From IMG/VR virus record IMGVR_UViG_3300032030_004230: 64,000 nucleotides of DNA. One strand, given 5' to 3'. Origin of the DNA: a virus (lineage: Duplodnaviria; Caudoviricetes). Position 1 is the first letter of the stretch, and the number at the start of each line of letters is the position of its first letter. Under the pieces are notes generated by a model. The model was not told where the DNA came from and made no database searches. It saw only the letters and a program-made list of their open reading frames with translations. Shown one piece after another: positions 10,173-18,900 of the stretch. Made by a program: the position numbers and the translations under genes.

Positions 10173-11513
10173 CTAGAACACCTCTACATTACAAGAGAAC
10201 ATACAAATAGAATTAGGACAACTTATCACATCGTCTTTTATAGAGAAATCAAAGTCTTTTATATCTGCTATCTTAGTTTTTTGCTTGCAAGACCTGCGAT
10301 ATACGCTCCCATCAATGTCAATATAAAGACCATTAGAGCGACAGTCATGTCCAACAGACACAAAGCCAGATATCTGAGAATGATGAATTTTCTCTCCATT
10401 CAAGAAAATATCTTCTTTCTTGTTAGATACATCAAAACTCTTCTTAGCAATGATGTTATCTTGTCTATCTCTTAAGTAATCTAGTGATATTTTTATTTTA
10501 TCATTTTTGACATTCAGAAGTTTCTCAATTGTGTTAGAATTCTCATCTGTAGAAACGCATTCAATATACAGCTTATCTACAAAATTGGCGACACCTTCTG
10601 CTTTCGAAATGAATTCATTCTCATCACACTCAGTCTCATGCAAGGAGCATGAAAGCTCTAATTTTACATTTCTTGAATGAAGATAACTAGCAAGCTCTTC
10701 AAAATATGAAAATGACTTTGAGAAGTTTGTCGATACATAGACTGCTTTCAGAGCGCTAGTCTTTATTTCACTCATTAGAGCTTTTAAGTCTATAAGAGTA
10801 ACTTCTCCGCCGATGAGCTCTAGTCTGAAGGGTTTTGTCATTCTACTGAGACAATGAGCTCTCTCTATCAGAGTTGAGATGCCCGGAAATTTTTTGTCTT
10901 GCAAGTCTTTCCGTATGCAATAAGAACAGTGATAGTTGCATTCATTAAAAAGACGCCATTTTATATAAAACATAGGGTCTTCTAGACAAACATCTTTTAT
11001 TGCATGAGAGCTGTCAATATTCGCTTTTGTGCTTTCTACTTTGCAGTCTTTACTTGTGCATCTCTCACATTGCAATTTCGGCTCTGGAGCTTTTTCAGAA
11101 AGACTACAAACAAATTCTTTTTTATCACAAGTGCCATAAAAGAACTTATCATTAATAATTGAGACAGTGTCCACTCTATTTGCGCAAATAAAACTGTCTT
11201 CTAGCTCTATGTCTAGCAAAGCCTCATCTTTAGAGCATCTTTCGACAAGTTCTTTTAATGTCACTGTTGTGAAAGGACAATTGTCTGACCCATAAGATGT
11301 TCTTATCAGTCTCTTATTATGAAATGCTGCAGCTACATAACGTAATTTCTTAGACATGTCAGAAGCTATCTCTGCAGAACAGTTAAAGTACACAACTATA
11401 AGCTTGAAAGCATTTATTTTGTCAAAGTACTTATTAAGATTTTCAATTGCAGTGTCAGACAGCTCTTTATCTAAGCTAATCTGAACTTGAAGTCTTCTTC
11501 TCGAGTAAATCAT
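10173..11513 (-). CDS. Radical SAM protein with an extra degenerate N-terminal radical SAM/twitch-like unit
   Basis: CNYHCSYC near residue 190; the N-terminal ~170 aa lack CxxxCxxC but end in a twitch-like Cys pattern (FICANR..GTC..CERCTSKDC). Confidence 0.85.
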   Translation of the reverse strand: MIYSRRRLQVQISLDKELSDTAIENLNKYFDKINAFKLIVVYFNCSAEIASDMSKKLRYVAAAFHNKRLIRTSYGSDNCPFTTVTLKELVERCSKDEALLDIELEDSFICANRVDTVSIINDKFFYGTCDKKEFVCSLSEKAPEPKLQCERCTSKDCKVESTKANIDSSHAIKDVCLEDPMFYIKWRLFNECNYHCSYCIRKDLQDKKFPGISTLIERAHCLSRMTKPFRLELIGGEVTLIDLKALMSEIKTSALKAVYVSTNFSKSFSYFEELASYLHSRNVKLELSCSLHETECDENEFISKAEGVANFVDKLYIECVSTDENSNTIEKLLNVKNDKIKISLDYLRDRQDNIIAKKSFDVSNKKEDIFLNGEKIHHSQISGFVSVGHDCRSNGLYIDIDGSVYRRSCKQKTKIADIKDFDFSIKDDVISCPNSICMFSCNVEVF

Positions 11514-12444
11514 CTAAAACTTTCCTATCTCTTGCAATGCTAAAATCACCGCATAGACTGCACAGACCATTTGCACTTATGCATTTAGTCGGTTTCAAAT
11601 CTTTTATATGATATTCAGAAATTGGTGTGTACTCATAAGATCGCACACAATAGCTGTTCTTTGCAACTTTGTCTTTGTTCACATAAATGTACGTAATTCC
11701 AGCTGTGCAATAAAAATCTGTTGACGGGATTGCCTTCTCTGGATATCTGTTTATGAGTTTACTTCTTGTTAGAGTAGTATCTTCTGAGTTATCTGAATAG
11801 ATAATTTTCCATCTTGGCTTTGACACAGAAGACTGAATGTTGAACTCTTTAGCAAAGTCTTCATTTTGCGATTTGTCAAACTCTAACAGAAGCTCTGCAT
11901 CGTACTTTTTGCAAGTGTCAATCACTTTCTGCAGAAGATGCTTACTTTCTGGTGCAATCACAAACTCGATCTTTAATTGATAGACATATTCAGGACTACA
12001 AGCGTCTTTGAACTTTTTGAATTTTGAAACGAAATCTTCTATGTCTACATACTCATTGTGCAAACTTGCTGTCATAGACAATAGAATTTCTCTGCTTTCA
12101 AGATACTTTGCAAAGTCTATGTATGACTCTAATGAATTAGAGAAATTTGTCGTAATATTTACTTTTTTAAGATTTTTTGAGCTGATGCATGATACAAGTT
12201 TTTTGAGATCAAAATAAGTGACTTCTCCACCAATCAAATTGATTTTAGTCGGTCTTCCAGATTCTTCAATAAGTCGATTAATCTCTGGCGCAGTTCTTAG
12301 AACTCTTTCAAAGTCTAATTTTGTGTCTTGCCCTTTGAATTTCCGTAAGCAGTATGAGCATCTGTAATTGCACCATTCTGTAAGTCTCCACTTGATAGTA
12401 AAGAGACTTTCATGATGGATAATTGCTGAAATAGACTTCTCCAT
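11476..12444 (-). CDS. Radical SAM protein (first gene of the operon)
   Basis: CNYRCSYC, IGGE, TTN, SLH, YCTAG..C..CSLC; start at MEKSIS just below a GTTAAT motif. Confidence 0.9.
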   Translation of the reverse strand: MEKSISAIIHHESLFTIKWRLTEWCNYRCSYCLRKFKGQDTKLDFERVLRTAPEINRLIEESGRPTKINLIGGEVTYFDLKKLVSCISSKNLKKVNITTNFSNSLESYIDFAKYLESREILLSMTASLHNEYVDIEDFVSKFKKFKDACSPEYVYQLKIEFVIAPESKHLLQKVIDTCKKYDAELLLEFDKSQNEDFAKEFNIQSSVSKPRWKIIYSDNSEDTTLTRSKLINRYPEKAIPSTDFYCTAGITYIYVNKDKVAKNSYCVRSYEYTPISEYHIKDLKPTKCISANGLCSLCGDFSIARDRKVLDDLLEKKTSSSD

Positions 12445-12474
12445 AAAAAAAAATATTAACAAAACTAAATTATC

Positions 12475-13401
12475 ATGGAAGAATCAAAAATTAGCTCTTT
12501 AACTACCAGTGAACTTGAAAAAATCTATAAAGAGTACACTCATAATCAAGTCTGGTATGAGTACCCATTCTTTTCAGCACTAGAAACGATTAGATTAGTA
12601 GATAGCGTTATCGACAACAAGTACTCTATTATAGAGCAAAGTGCTGGCTTAGCAGGGATGTCTCTATTGTTCAATCTTCTTTCAGCAAAAGTGAAAAACA
12701 CTTATATCATTGACAATAGAACACTCAATCAGTATCTCCCCGTGATTAAAAACTTAGATGTGCCAGCTTATTTTGATACTTTTGCTAAAGAACATAATAT
12801 GAAAGTTAGATATGGAGATCTTCTAACAAAAGATGACTTTCATCGAAAAGGTAAAGAACCTCATGTGTATCTTATTTATTGTTATGGCGAAAATATTTTC
12901 AAATTTTTGAACACAATGCAAGAAAACAACAATTTGCAGACAAATGACTTAATTGTTGTGTCTACTACAAATGAAGCAAGAGTTGGCAATGATCCACACA
13001 TGTGTCTCTGTAAGTATTTAGAGATTAGCAAAAATGTAAAACTTGTAAGAAGAACTTCTTCAGGTGGTAACACAATTTCAGTGTTTCAGATCATTGATAG
13101 AAGTGTAGACTTCTCAAAAGACTTTGTTGTGCAGATGGAAACATTGCGAGTTAATATACTTGAAAAATTTAAGCCTGAAAACTTGCAGGATTCTGATTTC
13201 ACAAAATATGAGAATCTTACACAGCATCTTATAGATAAGCAAAAGTTCTATGTAACAACAAACTATACGACTATCTTTAAGAGTAAAGGCTACACAGACA
13301 AGCAAATTGAAAAGCTATCTCTTCAAGAGAAAAGATTCGCTAAAGACTTTATAAGAAGCTTTTATTATACAATTAGAGGAACAGTGTTTAGAGATGCATA
13401 A
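12475..13401 (+). CDS. Hypothetical protein, possibly degenerate class I SAM-methyltransferase fold
   Basis: IIEQSAGLAGMS ... YIID ... LQTNDLIVV loosely resembles methyltransferase motifs; function weakly supported. Confidence 0.4.
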   Translation: MEESKISSLTTSELEKIYKEYTHNQVWYEYPFFSALETIRLVDSVIDNKYSIIEQSAGLAGMSLLFNLLSAKVKNTYIIDNRTLNQYLPVIKNLDVPAYFDTFAKEHNMKVRYGDLLTKDDFHRKGKEPHVYLIYCYGENIFKFLNTMQENNNLQTNDLIVVSTTNEARVGNDPHMCLCKYLEISKNVKLVRRTSSGGNTISVFQIIDRSVDFSKDFVVQMETLRVNILEKFKPENLQDSDFTKYENLTQHLIDKQKFYVTTNYTTIFKSKGYTDKQIEKLSLQEKRFAKDFIRSFYYTIRGTVFRDA

Positions 13402-14164
13402 TGACTTTGTAATTGATGATTCAATATATTCTGTGCCAATCGAGAATGCATATGAAGTTTTGCATGATTGGTGGTACGACATTCTAGAGCAGTTAAGAGG
13501 CAAAATCATAAGATTTGACATAACTGCTGGAATGGACACAAGATTCTTTTTGTCTTGGCTTAGTAGAGGCATTGCAAAAGAGCTTTACTTCAATAATAGA
13601 CCTTATAAATTTGAAGGTGAAGAGAAAGCAAAAAAAGAGCCAAGCTTGAGAGCACATGGTACGTACGGAATGGATGCTCTAGGCTACATGTTTGGCATTA
13701 TGCTTGATGCTAAGCCAGGTGCCAAATGGCAAGATTGCGAACTTTGCTTATCAGGTGCAAGAGCTTCTCAAATTTTAGGCAAAGATCCTGACAGAATAGA
13801 TGAGTGTACAAAAAACGGCATCACTTTCATAATTGAAGAATGTCGCAGACACAAAACTCTGTCTAAACCAAATTTTATGAATCCATTCTTTCATAAAAAT
13901 ATTTTTATGGTAGACTTCCATAAGGAAATGAAGCTTCTTTCTACAGTGTTGTACTTGATTTACATGCCAGAATGGGCTCTGAGATTTCCTTTTAAGTCGA
14001 TGACATATGACCCATACTACACAATCTGGGATTTGCCTGTAGAGCGAGCTAGAGCTATAATCTCTCAGTGGCCATTGAATGATTTTGAGAAAGAGAACTA
14101 TTCTAAAAATATGAAGCTTTATGACTCAATGACTAAGAGAAAAGCGTCGGTTTTTAGATTGTAA
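13394..14164 (+). CDS. PP-loop (asparagine synthase-like) protein, paralog of 1721..2824
   Basis: DITAGMDTR, LSG, NPFF motifs parallel those in 1721..2824. Confidence 0.5.
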   Translation: MHNDFVIDDSIYSVPIENAYEVLHDWWYDILEQLRGKIIRFDITAGMDTRFFLSWLSRGIAKELYFNNRPYKFEGEEKAKKEPSLRAHGTYGMDALGYMFGIMLDAKPGAKWQDCELCLSGARASQILGKDPDRIDECTKNGITFIIEECRRHKTLSKPNFMNPFFHKNIFMVDFHKEMKLLSTVLYLIYMPEWALRFPFKSMTYDPYYTIWDLPVERARAIISQWPLNDFEKENYSKNMKLYDSMTKRKASVFRL

Positions 14165-14176
14165 AAAGAGGCTTCA

Positions 14177-14338
14177 ATGGATTGGAAATTACTAAAAAGA
14201 CATTCTGACACTCTGCTAGAGTTATGGAAGACTCCTACAAAGTATCTTGTTTGCAAAACATACGAAAGATTTTACAAGTTCTTTGAGACTCATAATGAAG
14301 CTCTTGCGTATTTTAATGCTAAAAGGCAAGAGAGTTAA
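14177..14338 (+). CDS. Small hypothetical protein (53 aa)
   Basis: Not in ORF track; GAGG RBS, MDWKLLKRHSDTLLELWK...KRQES*, fills the intergenic gap. Confidence 0.6.
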   Translation: MDWKLLKRHSDTLLELWKTPTKYLVCKTYERFYKFFETHNEALAYFNAKRQES

Positions 14339-14347
14339 TATCTTGAA

Positions 14348-14902
14348 ATGGAAGTTTCTAAAGATATTCAAGCAATTTTCTCACAAAGTCCAATGAACTT
14401 TTTAGGCTGGTGTGCAGAAAATCTAAAGCACGGATTCTTAGATATGATGGGACTTCAGTATTTTTCAGCTACGCCTAGATGGAGAATGCTTTGGAGACTT
14501 TCTAAGGGCACAAGTTTCGCTGACAAAAAAATCGGAATTGTCTATGATTTTGTAGAATTCCAAAGAGCATACTTTAATTTCAATAACATAGAGAATCGTA
14601 CATTCTTCTTTATAGACAATACAAAAAATGTTTCACATGCTTTTTCAGTTTTTGCATTAGACATAGACGGCAAAAAGACTTGGTACTGGTTTGAAAATGA
14701 ATGGCTAGTCTTTACTGGAATACGAAAAATTAAGACTGCAAAAAGTCCGCTAGACCTAGTGAAGCTCCAACTACAAGCATTCAAAAGTTTTTATGATGCA
14801 AAAGACATTCATTGCTGGGAGTACTTCGAGCCAAAAGAAGACTCAGTAGATTTTTCTCTATTCTACAAAAACATTACAGAAAATGGAGTTTCTCTCTTCT
14901 AG
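14348..14902 (+). CDS. Transglutaminase-like fold protein, catalytic Cys apparently absent
   Basis: KIGIVYDFVEF..SHAF..WYWFE resembles the G-x-C-x-D..H..WFE pattern with Cys replaced by Val. Confidence 0.45.
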   Translation: MEVSKDIQAIFSQSPMNFLGWCAENLKHGFLDMMGLQYFSATPRWRMLWRLSKGTSFADKKIGIVYDFVEFQRAYFNFNNIENRTFFFIDNTKNVSHAFSVFALDIDGKKTWYWFENEWLVFTGIRKIKTAKSPLDLVKLQLQAFKSFYDAKDIHCWEYFEPKEDSVDFSLFYKNITENGVSLF

Positions 14903-14906
14903 AAAT

Positions 14907-15287
14907 ATGCTCACATCTTTTTTTGACAATATTGATCGTATCAAATATCCCGTTTCTATTTCTCGTTTTAGTCCATCTTGGTATGAAGGACCAAAGTATC
15001 TAGATGTTGCCCCATCTGAAAGTCTTTTGAATTGGTACCATAATGAAAAGAAAAATGGTGCTAATGAGTACAATCTTCAAAAAGAATACGAACAAAAATA
15101 CATAAATGAGACACTTAGTCAATTAAATCCAGAAAAAGTCTGGAATGACATTTGTAGTCTCTATCCTGAAGCTGATTCAAGAGAAATCACTCTTCTTTGC
15201 TATGAAGCACCCGGAAAATTTTGTCATAGGCATCTATTAGCTGCTTGGCTTAAAAAGCATGGCTATCAAATAAAGGAGAAACTGTAA
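14907..15287 (+). CDS. DUF488-like protein
   Basis: TSFF, SISR..P, VAPS, LLCYE..FCHR motifs. Confidence 0.75.
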   Translation: MLTSFFDNIDRIKYPVSISRFSPSWYEGPKYLDVAPSESLLNWYHNEKKNGANEYNLQKEYEQKYINETLSQLNPEKVWNDICSLYPEADSREITLLCYEAPGKFCHRHLLAAWLKKHGYQIKEKL

Positions 15288-15289
15288 TT

Positions 15290-15724
15290 ATGCAAATACA
15301 GCAAACTGTCGGTGATCCGAAGAAGCTCTTAGAAAACATCTCATACAATATGAAAGAATTCTCTAAAAAAATCCAGTCTATGACTTTTGAAAAGAAAGAC
15401 GGAACTACTTTCTCAAAAGCTCTTGGCTTCAAGCTCTCTATTTCTAGAGACTACGAATTGTATTTAGACTCAGGCAAAATTCGATTCGGTCAAATTGAGA
15501 TTCTTTTTGATCTTCAAGACCCAATTTTTTGGGACAAACTCATGCTTGCTATGATGTCCGACTTTGAGTTCTTTAGTCATATTAGCATAAATGGCTCAAA
15601 AGTAGAATCTCTTGAAGTGACAAATGTTTGCACTTACATTTGTGAAGATGGAAAGTCTTACAATGAAGCTGACATCAAAGCAGCGAAAATTACAGCTGAC
15701 AACGAAATTTGCTGGTCACTTTAG
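15290..15724 (+). CDS. Hypothetical protein
   Basis: 144-aa ORF, AGGAG upstream. Confidence 0.7.
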   Translation: MQIQQTVGDPKKLLENISYNMKEFSKKIQSMTFEKKDGTTFSKALGFKLSISRDYELYLDSGKIRFGQIEILFDLQDPIFWDKLMLAMMSDFEFFSHISINGSKVESLEVTNVCTYICEDGKSYNEADIKAAKITADNEICWSL

Positions 15725-15966
15725 ACATCAAGAGAAATATCTTCTTCAATAAAGTTAATTTTCTCTCTAGCTAATCCTGACTCATAAGCCATCTTTAGTA
15801 TAGAAAGCAAATCTGTTTCTGCTTGTCTCAAAGATGGCATTTTCTTTGCAGCTTCTGAGTCTATGTAAATTGGACTTTTCAGAAGCTCAGTCCCATCCTT
15901 GTCTACTACAAGAAACAATAAAGTATCTTCTTCATTTTTGCATTTTTGCACTTTTACTGATATCAT
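15721..15966 (-). CDS. Hypothetical protein
   Basis: Start at ATGA overlap with the large upstream gene (MISVKVQK). Confidence 0.65.
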   Translation of the reverse strand: MISVKVQKCKNEEDTLLFLVVDKDGTELLKSPIYIDSEAAKKMPSLRQAETDLLSILKMAYESGLAREKINFIEEDISLDV

Positions 15967-18900
15967 AAAGTAGTTCCTATTATCTGACTGAATTCTGGCT
16001 CTGATGGCATAATGCAAGGACTGTCTTCTACAATAGGGTACAATGTATTAGACATAATTCCGTTGATTGCTTTTTCCATCTCTTCTTTCTGGACCTCTGT
16101 AGCAGTTTCTGAGTATGGCTCAAGTTTAACTGCTGTCTTGTAGCCTGATGCTTTTGGCTTCATAGCAGGGAGCTCAATCTTCCAGTAATCTGCTGTTTCT
16201 TTTGAAGCACAAATCAAACTTGTAGGATCAGTGAGGCCCTCATCTACAAGCTCTTTAGCTGCTGATAGATTTACAGACTGATACACATCAAATATAATGT
16301 CTGTTTCACCAATTTCGTCTGTTAAGCTTGAGTCTGGCAAACCGAATCTTATATTCTCCCAAATAGCTTCGTCCATCTCATAATCTACCGACTTGTGCTT
16401 TGTCTCATCAGGCTCATTCTTATTGAAGTTCTTTGCTGCTAAGTTCTTCAAGAATTCTTTTGACTCAAGTCGATACTTTCTGTTCTTTGGCTTTCTTGCA
16501 TACTTGTACTCTGATGCGTATTCTTTTACTACACCATTTGCATCAAACAAGAACAGTCCAGTCTTTTTGTCTCTCTTATGAGTCCATGGAAGAACTTTCA
16601 CATAAGGAAGTTGATCGATTCTTCCCTCTTCAAAATCTTTAAGTCCTTGCTCATACTGTGCTTTTGTGCCATATTCTACAGGCACATACACATACATAAT
16701 TCTATCTTCTACAGTCTCACCATTTTTTGCAGCTTCAAGTCTTGTAGCTACAGTCTGGTCTACTTCATAGAATGCAACAGGCAATTCAGGATCTACATAA
16801 GCTTGAGTAGGGTTTTCAGCAGGGGCTTTTGTTGTGCTTCCCCAAGTTGCCATAGGCAAAAGAGACTCCAAATGTCTAGCAAGCCAAAGAGTGCCATCTT
16901 GCTTATTGAATCGTTTATTTATAAAGAATCTTCTGTATTCATAGAGCACATTCAAGTATGCCAAGAGGAATCTCTCTATCAGGTCATCGTTCAAAGAATC
17001 TTTATAGCATTTGTTCATTGTCTCTACAACTCTAAAGTACTGTCCTGTTGACCAAGATTGAACTGGCAAAGATAAAATGTTCTTTACTATGTTGATAGCT
17101 TCAGTCAAATTCATGTATCTCTCATGTATAGCATCTTCTACAGTTCGTCTATTTGTTTCATTCTTCTCTTTATCAAGAGTAAATATTTTAAGAGCTTCAT
17201 TTATCCATTGATTGTACTGGAAGACTTTCTTCTTGTAGATAACAGTACCTTTAGCTGCATTTTCAGGATCAATCATTTTTTCTTGGTCTGGATCAGCTAA
17301 GTACAACACCTTATTTGATACAATTCCAGCTTCACCATTTGCGCCTCTTATCATCTTTCCAATAGCATCAAATGAAAGAACTCTTTGCATTGTCTCTTTC
17401 TCACCAATGAATCCAAGAAGCTGCATAATAATGCTAAGGTAAGATCGCTGCTGCACTGCACAATTAAAGAAGAATCTGATTGGTGCATCTGCTGAAATGT
17501 GATAGTACGGTACAAATGATTCATTTGCACCAGGCTTTGTAGATGCATCTTTGAATGAGTTGTCTGTATAGAAAGTAGCAGATGTGCAAATCTCAGTCCA
17601 AGCTTTTCTGAGGCCTGCGTCCCATGACTCTTCATTGTATCTTGGCGCACCGTGATCTAATATTGTCTCAAATTTAGCATCGTCTTTATACTCACTTTCA
17701 TAGCTGTTTCTATCTTCTACAAGAGTGCAGTATTTGTACGGAAGTCTACTTATTGCAAAATCCTGACCTCTTAGATTGTGACTCTCAACTGTGAGTTGCT
17801 GTTTTGTATACTCATCAAGCAAAGGATAGTCTATAGCGTCAGGACTGAGTCCCTGAATATGACTAAGAACACCAATTCCCTCGAATGAACGAATTGATTC
17901 TTGTGTTGTCTCTCCTACAGCAAATGAAGTAGACTGTGCGTATTCTTTTACTCTTGATGTAAGATCAGATGTGTAGTCTGTTCCTTTCTCTCCACTTACC
18001 TGCCATGTAGACAAGTCATTGCCTTTTGCATAAATGTTATTCCACATTCCATTTTGAGGAGCTGACAGTACGTAGTCTGCATTTACAATATCTACAGAGA
18101 TAATGTCATCTTGACCGACAGCTGATTCTCTTGTGTACCAATAGTCTCTATGACATCTATGCTTTTCAGAATGCTCTTGCCAGTAGTAATACACAAATGA
18201 GAAAGTCTCATGCTTAACAGGAGCTCTAAATATGTACTGAGGTCCTTTAGAATATCTGTCGCCTTCTTTAGACCAGTCACAGCCTAAGAAAATAGCTTTT
18301 GAATTCTCGCCGTTTCCACTGAAGTTTACTACTTTCTTCAAGAAGTCTTGCTCTTCTGTAGTATGCAAGAAAACAAAGTCGGGATAGCCTACAGAAGGGA
18401 CTGTCTTCACTCTTTGAACACTTGATGTAGGAAACTCTAGCTTCCATTTTTCTTGAGTAGACACGATAGACAAAATGTATCTATAAGAGAATCCCCACCA
18501 CCAAGTAAAGAAATGAGATAGCCAGCCAGTAGGATCTCTCTCTACTGTTACTTGAGCTGTATCAGTCTGAATCTGGCATATTCTCCATTTAGACCTCGGC
18601 ATATCATGCATTATTGGTCTTTTGTAAGTTCTCTCTTCTGTAGTTGTCCAGAAACATGTAGCGTATGCATGAGACTCTGCTTTGTAGTATTTTCCACCAA
18701 ATGTATAAATGTTGTAGCCCTTAATGCTGCTCCTCTGAAGCTTGTCATACTCTTTCTTAGAAATTTCTTGCGGACTTTTCGATTCGCACCAATAATCATT
18801 TATTTCATGGCTCTCTATTGATTGTATTATTACACCAAACAGTCCACTTTTTTCTCTATTTGTGATTGTGTAAATTGTTTTCTTGATGTAGCTGACTGAG

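Noticed and set aside
1721-14164. 7-deazaguanine (QueC/QueE) pathway
   Set aside because: PP-loop proteins lack the QueC C-terminal Cys cluster, the radical SAMs carry twitch-like domains, and no folE, queD or dpdA is recognisable.
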